Assembly: GCA_904063045.1 (NCBI GenBank)
Contig: CAJFCJ010000101.1
Location: forward strand, 45,838 to 86,470
Source of the DNA: Dimorphilus gyrociliatus
Lineage: Eukaryota > Animalia > Annelida
Direction: 5' to 3'
Length of the DNA: 40,633 bases
Shown: positions 21,311 to 34,866 of the stretch, piece after piece
Numbering within the stretch: the stretch's first letter is position 1
Layout: every line of letters begins with the position of its first letter
Notes under the pieces: model-generated
The model's database searches: none
What the model saw: the letters and a program-made list of their open reading frames with translations, nothing else
Told to the model about the DNA's origin: nothing
Translations under genes and position numbers: made by a program

Positions 21311-24300
21311 TGGCGTCGGCTGTAAAAATAATGCCACACTTTTCAGAAGAAGATACAAAGGACTGACCGTCTGGCTCAGAGACAGTGCTCTTTTTGCAGG
21401 TACAGCCATGATGTCGGATGATACAACCTTCCACTCAATGATACTGGCTTTAGACAAAAAGCATGCTCCAAGGCATCACAAGCAACGCAGGAAAAGTCAC
21501 AACTCAAGAATCATTCATACAACTAATAAAAGAATGATTCAGCAATCAATGTGCAAATAATATTACACTTACACTGTTTCTCAGCACTAGCCAAGCAGCC
21601 AGCTACGATGATTTCACAAATTATTAAAGATGCAATGCTTCTATACGAAAGAAACCTTTTACAAAATATGCCACTTATATAAATGGTGATAGTAAAATCA
21701 CCAACAGAACTCAAAGCATACTTACTAGAAAAAAAATTCAGAATACTGGCACGATTTTGTGAGCACGGCGGAAGAATCTGCTTGGATAGCATTTACAGAA
21801 AAGTTGCAAATCAATTCAGTAAACTACAATAATTGAAATCGTAACGAGAGAAGGACAAGACAGGTCAACCATTTCAAAACAGTGAGAGAGCATACATCAC
21901 AAAAACCATTCAAAAATTGTGAATTTGATGGCAAATGCGGGCACATAACAGACGATTGCTAATCCTCAAAGAGGCATCTAATATTCTAAAAAAGAAAGGA
22001 AACAGCACAGTGAACGTGATTGATGATGACCCAATCAATAAAAATTCCTTCATTTATTCGAATTCTCTTCAATCAAGTGACAAGAATCCATTTTTTTGAA
22101 AATCAATTGTGGTGGAAATCTTCACATATGATTACTTGATACAGGTGTTGACGCTTCAATAATTCATGAAACAAATCTGCCACAGGGTGTCAAAATCTTT
22201 CCTTATCATGCAAATGTTCGATCAGCATCAGGAGAGCCCTTGATGATCATAGGACAAGCAATAGACATCCCACTGTATATAGGCAGTAATAATTTAGTTT
22301 CAAGTCCACTGGTGACAAATCTCAACCCAGAATATACAATAATTGAAACACTAGTTATTAAAGAAAAGCCAAACTTGATCTTAACCATTCTAAAACAAAT
22401 AACTAACCAGAATTTGCTTCCCAATTAGGGCAAAAGCGTCTACTCAATAACCACAATAGAAAAGTTCGATAAGCTTTTTAACACGAGATTGACGAGACAA
22501 CACTGTGTACAGTAGCAGAGCACGCAATAGAAACAGGAAATTCGAAACCAATCACTGTTCGAAATCACCAAGTCCCAGTCCAATGGGCCGACAAACTAGA
22601 CGAGATGATCCAAAAAATGCTTGCAAATAAGATCATTAGAGGATAAAACAGCCAATGGTGCTCTAGAATTGTTCCAATACCTAATAAGGATGGGTCTGTT
22701 CGACAGTGTATAGACTTTAGACCTTTAAACAGGGTCACAATAAAAGATCAATATCCCATACCAAGGATTTACGACATAATACAAACACTCGCTAATGCTA
22801 GCTATTTTCAAATACTCGATGCAACCAGCAGCTACTTTCAAATTCCACTAACCGAGGATGGCAACCCAAAAACCGCCTTCAGTTGGAAAAACAACTTATT
22901 CAGATTTAACAGAATGCCGTTTGGACTATCCAATGCTCCAACAACCTTTCAAAGAATAATGGATAAAATTCTTAAATTGGAAATGAGTGACTTTATTAAG
23001 AACAAATGTAATTTTTTTAAAACAGAGATCAAAATTTTTGAGCAATTTATCAGCAAAGGAATTGTCAAACCAGATCCAAAGAAAATAGAAGCAATATTAA
23101 AGTGTGTCGAGCCACATACAATTAAAGAACTCAGGTTTTTTTGTGGCCTTGCAAACCAAATCCGAGATTTTGCTCCTGCCTTTGCTCAAATGGTCGCACC
23201 ACTGAACACATTATTGAAAGGTAGAACTAAACGCAGTGTTGAAAAAGTAAATTGGTGTTCACAAGCATCAGCCTCCTTCAAAAAAACAAAAGAAACGATT
23301 GCAAAAGTCACACAAAGAGCACAGCCTGACCTGTCACTCCCGTTCTTTCTAACAACAGACGCATCAAATCAGTAATTGGTGCGATTTTGTCACAAGAAAA
23401 GAATGGCAAGTGTAGAATGATTCATACTTTCAGAAAAACACTGGATCAGACGCAAATAAACTATTCAGTCACCAACAAAGAGCTTCTCAGGCTTGTCTGA
23501 GGAATTGAACACTTTAAATACAATTTATTAGGAAAAAAATTTATTCTAGAAACAGATCACCATGCTCTGAAATATTTACAACTAGTGACTTAGCCTAACA
23601 GCCGGCTAATGCGTTGGTCTCTATTCCTGCAAGATTACGATTTTGAAATAAGGTATTGTTGTATCCGCCTGATATTTTACAGGTGGATAAGTACTCCTCG
23701 ACGAGAGAAGAATTTCTGGTTGAAGAAAATGTTTTTTGCATGGGGTAAAGAATTTATTCAAATTTATATTTTAGAATTTTGTCTAGACATTTTCTGAAAA
23801 AGGTAAAACAAAACAGTTGTGTTCGGCTGCTAGAATGATGCAACAGTATATTCCAGGAGAATCTAGAGCAGCTGATTTTTTAGCTGATATACAATTGCAA
23901 ATGTCAAAAGTTCGGATGAATTATGTAATAATGAAAAAGAAGATATCCTGAATGAATATCACATCGGAAGTGGTCATGGTTCTAAAGGCACGATGCACTT
24001 TCTGCTTAAAGGTAATTACAAATGGAGTTATATGGCCAAGGACATTGAAGATTTCATTAGAAAGTGTCAAATCTGTGTTTAAAGTGGTACTCTGGAACAA
24101 AACACAAAATTTTACCCAATAGTATCTACACGTCCTAATGAAGTCTGGGTCGACCTGATCGGGCCGTTAGAAAGAACCAACAACACTCATCGCTATATCC
24201 TAGTGGCAATTGATCACTATACAAAATGAACAGAACTGCAGCAATTCCTGACAAAACGGTGGCCACTGTTGCCAAAAAGATCAAAAGTCTAATAATCGAC

Positions 24301-24390
24301 AGACATTTGATCCCAGAAACCATTCTATCTGATAATGGTACCAAATTTCAGAATCAAGAAATGACCAGGCTTTGCATGAGATTCAACATA

Positions 24391-25907
24391 CAGTCAACCC
24401 TCTAAATTTTTCCACATCCAAAAATTATCATATTACAAGCTCCCCCCCAAACAAAAAAAAAGAAAGACACTAATATTTATTAAAACAGATTGAAATTTGT
24501 ATCATCAAAAATTTCTTCACAATTTGGGTTACTTGAATCAAAATGGCCATTGAGACTGTCATTTACTGTATTCAAAGCCGAGGGAACATTAAAATCAACC
24601 AGTCCAAGGGATTGCATATGCAATTCAAGATCTTTTAATAGAGACAGCCCATGATCATCTATGCTGTGATTGAAAGCTTTCTCAAGAGAAAAATCAAGAC
24701 AGGTACTTTCTGAATGAGAAAGAGGGGAATTCTGAACATTCACTAAGCACATTAGAAGTGTTAAATTCTACATCTTTTCCAAAAACATGTTGTTCCAGAA
24801 ATTTTCGTCTGGATATTCTGTATTTGATGGATGGTTGGATTGTAAAGGTTGGTTAACATTACTGACTGTTTCCAATAAATGATTATCTTGTGTATGGTTT
24901 GTTTCTTCTTCCTCTTTTATAAATCCTGTTTTTACCCAAGAATTCCAAATAGTTGTAGGTGTTACTTCGGAACAAGCATTTGAACACATTTCAATCGTGT
25001 CCTTTATGTTCAAAGCTTTGTAGTTGGCTTCTGCAGAAGCATAAACTGATTGTCTCAATAGAACTTTTTGTGTTGGTAAAGTTAGAAAGGCATTGTGGAT
25101 TCTTATATTTATGGATAAAGCCAAGTTTTTTCTTTTCAGAACCATCAATATTGGTGCATAAAAGAAGTGATACCCAATCTTTTGGGACTTTGAATCCTTT
25201 TCTCTTATTTTTAGCATTTGTAGTCAGAGCACATGCTTTAAAGAACAACCCAGTCTCATCACAATTGAAAATATCATTTTTGTGGTAGGAATGTAATTTA
25301 TCTTGAAAATTTGCTAAAAACTCTGAGTAATCTGGTGTAATAACAGCTAATGAATCACCAGAAAGTCTTCTCGATCTAATACATTCTCTGGTTTTAAATC
25401 TATACATCCAACCATTAGATGCTGTGAAGCCTGAGATTTTTAGATCTTCAGCTATCTCCAATGCTTGTAATCTTAGGTCATGTTCTGTATAGTTATATCC
25501 TTGGTCCTCGAGATCATCGCACCAACAAGTCAATCTCTCATTAATTGGACCGAATTTCATGGTTGTGTTCATGCTTTTGTAATTCAAAGGCAGGTTTTCT
25601 CTCAAATCTAAAAATTTTTGCTTATGTTTTTTGATATATTCTATAGCTTTTCGAGAAATATTTTTATTAAGAATTTCATTGAAGTGTTTAGCAACTGACG
25701 TATGATTTGCATCGGGGTTTTCATCAATATACTTTATGATATCAAGTCGCTCTTTGAGTGTTAAAAGAGTATTTGCTCGCTCGACCATTATAGGTTAATT
25801 TTTCTAAGAGCAAAAAAATTATTAAAAACCCTTAAAATGCTTCATAAAAATGGAAAAATGGAGGGGTGGAAAACACAAGAGGTAGGAAAAACAGAGAGGG
25901 CCAACTG
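24391..25907 (-). mobile_element. pogo/Tigger (Tc1/mariner) element inserted at TA in the Gypsy integrase
   Basis: TIRs CAGTCAACCCTCTAAATTTTTCC / (rc) CAGTTGGCCCTCTCTGTTTTTCC. TA on both sides (24389-90, 25908-09). The integrase reading FNI|NAKFSSPDHQET rejoins across it. Confidence 0.9.
24768..25788 (-). pseudogene. pogo/CENP-B-like transposase with internal deletion of most of the DDE_1 core
   Basis: LTLKERLDII HTH, ASNGWMYRFK, IFNCDETGLF, LLLCTNIDGSEK, KNPQC; then an abrupt jump to the C-terminal LNIKDTIEMC..VTPTTIWNSWVKTG. Confidence 0.85.
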
Positions 25908-26435
25908 TAAATGCAAAATTTTTCATCACCTGATCATCAAGAAACTGTGTGTGATGTTGAAATGGCTAACAAAACACTGATGAATAAAGTTCGTAAACTG
26001 TCTAATTTTTGAGAACTTTGTTGATCTACAGTCCTAGAAGCAGCCACTAAGGCAACCAACATATCGTTCAATAGGTGTATCCAAACATCTCCACATATTT
26101 TTGTGAAGCAAACAGAACCAGAATTTCACTGTGACAGTAAATATGGTGTAAAAAATCAATTGGTCCCCTTTTCATTGTCAAATGAGAAAAGGAATCGTTC
26201 AAGAACAGAATATGAAGATAAATCATTACGCAAAGGGCAAAGAGATTGTTTTGACCAATTCGAAATAGGTCAAGACGTAATGGTCTATAAGAAAAGAAAA
26301 TTAAGACTGGCATGGTGGCTATGAAATCACTGACAGGCCGAGTGATTACGCCTTTTGGGTAGGAAATGGCCTTCACAGATTAAGGTTTAACAAACAAATG
26401 ATCAAATTATCACTGATAAAATCTGAAAAAGGGGA

Positions 26436-26537
26436 TGTCATAGGGCCTCACGCCTACACTTTTAATTCTGAAAATATTTTACCCCCAGATTCCAATGCAA
26501 GAGCAACAGCCTGCAATTAAGAAATTTGATTAAGGCA
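26436..26537 (+). repeat. 3' LTR
   Basis: TGTCATAGGGCCTCAC...TAAGGCA, preceded by a polypurine tract. Confidence 0.9.
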
Positions 26538-28529
26538 ACCTTCTTTTCAGAAAAACCAGGAGAAATAGTTTCCATTGATATCTGTGATGCATTCAAAATT
26601 GAACCTAAAATCAGTTTCCCACAGCAGATATATTTTCTGACAACGATCGATCTACACTCCAGATTTTCTAGAATTGGAATTTTGAAAACTTTGATGACCA
26701 AAGAAATCTGCAAACTTCTTGAAAAAATTTTGCTACATTAAGAACAACCAAAAAAATATTTACAGATAATGGAACGCAGTTTACATCAAAAATCTTTGCT
26801 TTAATTATGAAAAAATACAACATTCAGCATGTTAAATCCAGAATTTATAACTCAAAAGGAAATGCCAAGTCTGAACACATCAATAGAACAATCAATGAAA
26901 TTATGAGAATGGTTAGATTTAAATTTGAGATAAAGATCGTAGTCCGCTGTTATGCCTGGAGGCATTATGGCTGACTAATGACAGAGGGAAAAATCAGTCA
27001 TAATGACTGCAAGTTAAAAAAAAGAAATGCGATAAAAGGAGTATTCATTCAAATTTCGAAAAAGAATGTATATAATGCAGAATGGTAGTTCTCATTAGTG
27101 TAAAATTGTATGTTCTTACAGCAATTCAGTTTCAGCATCGTGTTTGTGCTCTGACATTATAATAATTGTGAGAGAATTTGTAGTATAAATCCTGGCAGAA
27201 CATGTCCTGTCTTGACATCTCTATCTATTTTCATCATTAAGATTGAACTCAAAATTGTGAATAAAATTGTAAAAAATAAGTAAGCAGCCTTTTTTCTTAC
27301 TTGAATATTCTTTTGGTGATTTTGTTTTTTCTTTTTGCTCCATTTGTAAAAAAGTAAAGGGCTGATTGAAAAATTTCTTGCAGTCATTACGGCAGTGATC
27401 CATCAATAAGTTGTTTTACCTTCTTTTTTTTTCTTTTTATATCCTTCAATCCTATGCTGTGTTTCATATCAAAGAAGGGGCATCCTTTCTTCAGATTCAA
27501 ACCTCTTAAATCTCCTTCATTTCTATAAAAGACGATCACTAGGTTTCGATGAGGACTGGCCTTATCTTAAATGGTTTGATGAGTCTTCAAGTAAAACCAT
27601 TATGATTGAAGGAAGGTACTGTACAAAATATTACTTTTGTTGGTCTTTTATTGTTTGTTAATTTAATATCTGATCATTTACCTATAATAGTAAAAATAAG
27701 CTCAGAATGATCATTTATCCTTTAATAAATGAAATAGTGTTGCAATTGTCGGACTCGAATTGAAAAAGTATCACAAATTAGGGTAATGATCAAATAAATA
27801 GAGTTTATTGTTGACTTTACTCGTGCAATTCGGGATTTGTTCCTGATGCTACAAAAGATCTTCAAATGAAGATGTGGGATCTCACACATTTGTGATGCAA
27901 TCATTTCCCTGACAAATCATCTTTGACATTGATCAGATGGTCTGGGTTTTGGGTTGAAACCTGATTTGTCTCGGCTCCTATATCTGAAAAAAGAGTGTTT
28001 CACTGAAAGGTATAAATACCTTTGGAAACAAGAATAAACATTATATTTTCTTTGATTTCTTTTATTGCAGTATATATTGATTTATTTATTTATTCATCTA
28101 TTTGATTTATATTTTATACAATTGTAAACAATTACAAAGAAGGAAGAGAAAGCAAAGAATCCCAACTGTAATATCATTTTAGATACAAAATGATTATCCA
28201 TACCCTTTTTTTCGTATTTGTCACATTCCATTATCCAAACTTTGTTGGTGGCCAATGGGAACAAATGTTTAAAACAACTACATAATTGTCTGCTCAAGGC
28301 GAACTTGAATTTCAATTCGAAAACAGATCAATATCTCTACGGTTAATTTTATCGATCTTTCCACCAAGCCCTTGTATCTGATAGCAATCACAACAACCAG
28401 TCTTTGTGATCAGGGTTAAACACTCAATGCAAGGCGCCGTTCAGTACTTAAATCTTATGATTAATATTGTTGTGGAACAGGTTTCAGATTAGAATTAGTA
28501 TCTTAATCCAGACAATAATGTTTCATTTT

Positions 28530-29830
28530 GTCTATAATTGTAATGGATAGAGGGAAAGGGAGTAATTTTTTTCAAATGAAGAATGCATCTCACAACAAAA
28601 AAATGCAAGCTACGAGTACAAGAGAGGAGCCTATCATGTCCGGCAAGAAAGCACTAAGATGGAGGCTCGATGCAAAGAATAACAAAAATAATGAATTCAA
28701 AATGGAAACGTTGACAAAGACATAGAGAAGAGACTTCTCATGGTATAATGCCTGCTGGATTTGAAAAGTTGACAGAAAAATAAGTGGCCTGTAAGTAAGT
28801 CTAGTGAAGAAATTTTGAACTATTTTATGAGTTAGGCAGCCAGGACCAGTTGCCTGTGACATGGGAAGAATTCAAGGTTTTTTTTTGAAAATGGCTCTGA
28901 TTTATCCTTTGAACTAATTTAGAAATTTCCTATAGAAAAATGGTCTGCATATGTAAAGCATGTTGCCAAGACGGTCAAACACAGAGGTATCGCAGATGAG
29001 CTAGTGATCAGCAAATTGAGAAAGGAAAAGTGCACAGTTGAAGTCAGGACAATATTTTATTTAGAACTTTGAGCCTAAAGATGACTTTCTATATCCCACA
29101 GTAAATGGATATGGCAAAGATACTTATTAGCATTAAATAGAATGTAAGTTATGTTTTTCAAAATTAGAAAATGGAGAATGGAAATAATTTGAGGATAAAA
29201 CAAGTAAAAAAGGAGTTAAATTGTTATAAATGTGGTGAAAAAGGACAGTATGCTTATCAATGTTTTAATACAATAAAGAGAAGCATCAATATAGCAGTAA
29301 GAAAAACTGATGGCAACTTAAATGAGTGAAAAGTAAAATTGAATGTTTTGAAGCACTTGGCTTCATTTGACATAGTATCCTCTTTTAATTTTATTACACG
29401 GAGAATTTTCATCGAAATTCAAAATATTATCTCAGAAAATCTTGAGATGCTTTCAAAATAACATTGTTAAATAATGAGAAAATCTCAATTACAAAGGAAT
29501 GGTAAATATGAGTGTGTCACAATCAAACAAGTTTTCATCTGACTTTTTATGTAATTTAATCTGGAATATTCCAGGTTATATATTCGATCACAAGTTTCAA
29601 CAAAATGAATTAAAATTTCGGGTAGAATGCACCATAGAGACAAAGCTAGATAGAAAGGTGAGCATGAGGCGACCATTGAGAAGCGACCATGAAAGAAAAA
29701 AACTAAATAAAAAGAGTGCAGAATTAGTTGATCAAGATTATATAGAACAAAGCACATCAAATTGGCTTAATCCAGTAGTATTTAGGACGAAGAAAAATGG
29801 TGATATAAGATTTTGTCTGGATTTGAGAAT
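28530..29830 (+). pseudogene. Decayed Ty3/Gypsy gag-protease-RT N-terminal fragment
   Basis: CYKCGEKGQYAYQC knuckle (~29221); STSNWLNPVVFRTKKNGDIRFCLDLR. Many stops. Confidence 0.75.
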
Positions 29831-30499
29831 TTTTTTTATTTCAGAAGAATTTTTCATAGTTTTTGTTATAAAAGACATATTAGACTTAAAAATTCATTTT
29901 TTTCAAATTCTTTTATTGACAAATGATTATCCAAAAGGAAATAAAAAAAATACAAGATGCCCATCAAAATGTGAGATATAGAAGGCTCTTCAGCTGAAAT
30001 TTGAAAAACTTTGTCAGAATTTATAAAATCGATTGATTCATACCATTTGTAAATAAAGATTTTTATTTCAATCTTTGTGAAAAATCTATAAAATAAAGAT
30101 GAGGATTATAACTGAAAACTGTTCATTGCAAATCCAAGGGACATATTACAGTTATAAAGCAGATGGATTTCCTTAAGAAAGAACTCGAAGAAGGAAAATC
30201 GCATTCGGAAAAAACTCATCTTGAGTTTCTCGAGGCCATGTTAGAATCTGGCGTACCAATTGGTGCTTTTACAGGTCCAAAAATGACAGCTTTTTTTAAG
30301 AAAATATTAATTTTGATATAAAATTGATTCATATTATTCAAAAAAAAATTCAGAAATAAGAGAAAAACAACTAATTGATGTCAGGAAAACTTTTTAGATC
30401 GAGATTTTTTACTCTATTTCGACAAGACTACCAATCCGGACAGTCGTTACGTTCTCAATATTGTCAGCATTATTTTAGACAGATTGTACAATATTTTTT

Positions 30500-31321
30500 A
30501 ACACTCATTTAATACATCATAGTTACAAGTGCGATTCCTGTACAAACTTTATGTGTTTAGCTAAAAATGCACAGTTTGCTGATAAATATGCCTGGCGCTG
30601 TTATACTAACGGTTGCCCTAAACACAAGAAATATTTTTCAATCAGTACTGGAAGCTTTTTTGAATTGTTTTAAATATCGATTCGTCATATTTTAAAGGGT
30701 GTTTTTAATATTGTTTGAAACAGTCAACAGCCTCAATTGCAAGAAATATGAGTCTCAGAAAAACACAGTTAATAAGATATTAGAAAAAATTAAAGAAAGA
30801 ATACCTGAGCCAAACTTCAATGGGAATAAACTTGGCGGCTCTGGTAAAATCGTCCAAATTGACAAACTATGTTAAATTATGGATTTAAATCACATAGGGG
30901 CCGTTCAGCCAATAATAGAACAGATGCGCTCACAATTGTTGAATTTGATGGTTGTATAACTTGAGTGTTTGCTAAAGTTATACCAAACAAACAATAGAAT
31001 ACAATCATGACAATAATACTTGAAAATGTTCTACCAAGGAGTGTTATTCACACCGATGAGCATGGAGCATATGCAAACTTAAGAAGATATTCATTTACAC
31101 ATGAAACAGTCTGTCATAAATACGAGTTTGTCAATGCAATAACAAGAGCTAATACACAGGCTGTTGAATCATTCAACAATATCATTAAACTTGAAATAAA
31201 ACAGAGAGAAGGAGTTAGTACAGTCAAACAACAACTTTTTTTAAATGAGGTAGGCTTCAAATTCAATAAAAATGATGATCTTTCAAGAGCAATTTTCAGC
31301 TTAATGTGTTTAAGAGAATAA
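30500..31321 (+). pseudogene. Merlin/ISXO2-like (IS1016-related) transposase
   Basis: KCDSC..M..DKYAWRCYTNGC..SISTGSFFE; LGGSGKIVQID; VIHTDEHGAY; VCHKYEFV; NTQAVES. Frameshifts and stops in the 5' half. Confidence 0.85.
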
Positions 31322-31719
31322 TCCGTGTTTTTTTTTTCAATTTTTTAACTTTTATTTTTATTTAAATAGCACTCTTGAAGTTTAATAAGATAAAATGTTG
31401 TTAATTTATTTTTTATTCAAATTTTATAATTTCCAATTCATCTCGATTTTTTTTTCTCTCTTTTTTGTAAAAAAAAGGGATTTAAATCGATGATTTGAAG
31501 GAGCAGGTGATTTTATGAAAGAACTCAATTTTAAAAAATATGTTAAAATGCTGCTACACATCATATTCACATCTTCAGATGTTATATAAGATCATAAGAT
31601 ATTATAATTTTATTGAAGCTTCCTAGAGTGGTTATAAGCTAAAATCTACTTTTAAACAACCATTTAAACATTTCAGAGGTTTTCAAACGATAAAATATTA
31701 ATTTGAGTAAAATTAATCA

Positions 31720-32730
31720 ACCTTGATCCCAGAAATGATCCAAACAAGAATGTACTTACATATCCACCACATAATGGTGTCTCTGACTCAAGACATGATT
31801 GAGATGATGGAAAACTCAAGATGCTGGAAGAGGAAAAGGTTAGAGATGATAATGAAAGGAAAAAGGGATTCAGAACAACCTCTTAGGAATCATCATGCCG
31901 ACAATTTAACAATCTATCAGTACAATCACAAATATAGCTTCGAGAACTCTAGGACTGCAATGGTAAAACATGTTGACCAGATCATTTTCTGCCACAATTC
32001 CTTCTATTTAAATCACAATAGGGAGATGAAAAATGTTGAATGTTATACGAATGAAACTGAAAGGGACTGCAAGAGATTGGTTTGATCAGAAAAGAGAAGA
32101 AGTTGGTTGGCTAAGCTTTGAGTTTTAAGAATGTAATTTTTGGGTCCATTTGCACCCAAAAAATTTTTGAAACAGATAAAACCTATGAAAGGCTAATCAA
32201 AGGCTTTGAAATAGGAAAACATGCAGAGTTAGTTGCCGAAGTATATTTGATGCGAAACAAACCTGAGATGTCAAAAGAGAATATTCTTCATTTATTAATG
32301 AGAAATCAAACATTTCAAATTGTAGAAAAGATATAACCCAGCTTTACAACAGACAGAAATCCTCAAATTACTGTTAGAATTGGGCTCGAATTCTCAAAAA
32401 AAAAATAAAAATTTCATCAACAACTTACATGAAGAAATGGCTCAAAATAAAATTGTTTAACCCTAAAGAGATGATAGGCAAACGAATTGATCAGACAGGA
32501 AAGAGGGTCTTCAAATTCAGATGTCACAGATGCTCAGAAAAGGGGCATATTCGTAAAGATTTCCCAAAAGAAATCAGGATAGCTGCCTCGAAAGATTCAA
32601 GCGTTGAATCTCTGACAGTGAAGGTAAGCCAACTGGTAGCAGATTGAAGACCATACTTCTATTGAAATATTGCAAACAATGTGCTGAAAATTTTGTTAGA
32701 CTCAGGTGCTACAAGCAATTTTGGATCAAC
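31720..32730 (+). pseudogene. Decayed Gypsy-like gag and protease start
   Basis: CHRCSEKGHIRKD knuckle (~32520); ILLDSGATSNF at about 32690; truncated thereafter. Confidence 0.7.
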
Positions 32731-32875
32731 GAAAAAAAGGCCTGAAAGGGGTATTACGAAAAAGAAATGTTGAGAAAAATATTACATAAAAATATTAGAA
32801 AAAAATATAAAATAAAAAAAATAAAAAAAATGCAATATTATGAAAAAATAAAAAAAAAATAAAAAGAATGTAATA

Positions 32876-33508
32876 CAGTCGTCCCTCGATATAATGAAGA
32901 AGAAGCTATTTTTACTTAAACTACATTTTTTAAAAGGTTTAATTGTTGGTTTCTTTTTTGTAACCTATTTTTAATTTTTTTTTTCTTCTCAGAATATAAA
33001 ATCTCAATGTTTTTTATCATTTCCCTCCACTTTTTATAGTAAATAATGAAATGTTTTTTAAATTTTTTATATCACAAAATTTATTCTATTAATAAAAATG
33101 ATTAAACTATTGAGGTGGTCGAGAATATTTATATCGATAGATAATTTATGATGTGCTGTATGGAAATTCTGATAAAAACCCTTTTCTTGATATGCTTGCA
33201 AAGAACAATAATTAGATGATTTGATGTTACCAAATTCAGTGATTTATATTTTTATCTACAAAAAATGGAACTATGGTTCATAGAAAATGCTAGTTCTGAT
33301 AGGAGCAAGTTTTTTGAATTGAAAAACAATTTACTTGACATGAAAAATGCTAACAGAGGAAACATCACTAGTTATATGCACAGTAAGAATAAATATGGGC
33401 CATAAAAATGAAAATAATTACTGATTGTTTTTTTTTGGATTTCATTATTTTCCAATAATGAATTTTTTTTCAGCTGGCCCCTTTTTTCATTAATGGAAGT
33501 GTTGACTG
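32876..33508 (+). mobile_element. Non-autonomous pogo/Tigger-type element (633 bp)
   Basis: TIRs CAGTCGTCCCTCGATATAATGAA / (rc) CAGTCAACACTTCCATTAATGAA, flanked by TA on both sides. Confidence 0.75.
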
Positions 33509-33929
33509 TATTATGAAAAAGTTAAGAATTACATAAGTTTTAATATAAGTAAATTATAATGAAAGTTTTTATATTAGCAGAAAATAACTGTGAATTAATA
33601 GAAAAAGCGGAATATTGTAAAAAGAAAATAGATACAAATAAATTTATTTTCTCAATATTCAAAATTTGAAATTAAATCAAGTATTGCATTAAATAGATCT
33701 CCTCTGTTATTCTCTTTAAGCATTATTTCAAATAAATATTCTCTCAATTTTTCTCTTTTGATACCTTTCATCTGTTTTATTCGTTGTTTTGTAAAACATA
33801 TTTTTCTCAGGCCTTTTTTTTCGTAATATTTCAACCCTGTAGAAAAATGAGTTCTTTTATTAATTATGTTAAAAAATAACAAATTCAAAGAATGAAGAAA
33901 TCATTTCACATTTTAGAGCTCATGGTTTT

Positions 33930-34230
33930 ATCAGAAAACATATGATTTGCCATCGTGCAATCATGCTTTAGTAGAAAACCCAGTCAAACGTAATACTGAT
34001 GGTTTGATGTTCAGGCTTTTGTTTAAATCATGTGAGAAATATCAACTATATTTCTCCATTTGAATAGGTTCTTTTTTTGAGAAATTGAAATTGAAATTCA
34101 ATCTATAAACAATTTTTACAATTATTTACTGATATTCTAAAATGAGTTAGTAAAAATAACATCACAAGAATTGGGTGTTTCACATCCAACTGTGACAAAA
34201 ATGGAATCTGAATGCCACCATCCTTGTGTT
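33930..34230 (+). pseudogene. Second Merlin/ISXO2 N-terminal fragment
   Basis: PSCNHAL..KRNTDGLMFR..SCEKYQLYFSI*IGSFFE; ELGVSHPTV (HTH); KQIGG. Confidence 0.65.
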
Positions 34231-34866
34231 AAACAAATCGGTGGATGATATCCATTTCTGTGCCCAATCTGCACAGAATTTCCAATTCTTTTATATTCTT
34301 TGACAAATTTGAATTTCTTGAATGTCCTGGTGTCCACAATCTTGATCCTTGACTGTTGAAACATTTTCCAAAGTTAGCATGAATAGAAACTTATGAATTA
34401 TGTCATTCATTACATGATTCATATGATACATTCTTTACAACATTTATTACTTACTTGTATCACAAACTTATTAAATCATTTCATTTAAATTTTATTTGGG
34501 ATATTTTCTGGTTTTTTCTCTCACATGTTCTAGTTAACAGATAGGCCTGTAAAAAAAGTATTGACAAAAATTTTTTCATGAAATAGTAATGGCTTTTAAT
34601 AATCCAGATTGTGAGGCACCAAGGGACAGAGATATAAAAGTGTATCCTAAAGGAAGCAATTTTGTAAGAATATAGATTTGCACATAACAATAAAACAGTA
34701 AAATGTAAAAAAATTACCACTCCATTATTTTAAAGTTAAAAGCATTTATTTTTTTCCCTTATCAAAATTTTATATGAAATTAAACAAATTTCTTATTCAG
34801 TTTTTACTGACTAACTTTGACAAATGTTTCAAAAACAAAAACTAAATTATTTGAAAACATTATAGT

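Larger units (their letters stand above)
21209..26537 (+). mobile_element. Full-span decayed Ty3/Gypsy LTR retrotransposon with 102-bp LTRs
   Basis: LTRs at 21209-21310 and 26436-26537; PBS-like TGGCGTCGG at 21311; PPT GAAAAAGGGGA before the 3' LTR; TSD ACCCT/ACCTT. Gag knuckle, LDTG protease, RT, RNase H (TDAS, KELL, TDH) and integrase (HHCC, D..D..E) remnants occur in order. Confidence 0.92.
21130..26930 (+). pseudogene. Older Gypsy integrase fragment split by the LTR element (parts 21130-21208 and 26538-26930)
   Basis: Removing 21209-26542 restores the in-frame read LCLKIKHRPYGKFVRKNT(L/F)FSEKPGEIVSIDIC..TIDLHSRF..FTDNGTQF..HINRT. Confidence 0.8.

Noticed and set aside
27157-28520. Short ORFs and more GC-rich patches
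   Set aside because: No interpretable domain in any frame I translated.
12900-34400. Impression that the Gypsy/Merlin/MULE relics resemble microsporidian-type TEs (horizontal transfer or chimeric assembly)
   Set aside because: Based only on recollection of motif style. It needs BLAST, phylogeny and read-coverage checks that I cannot run.
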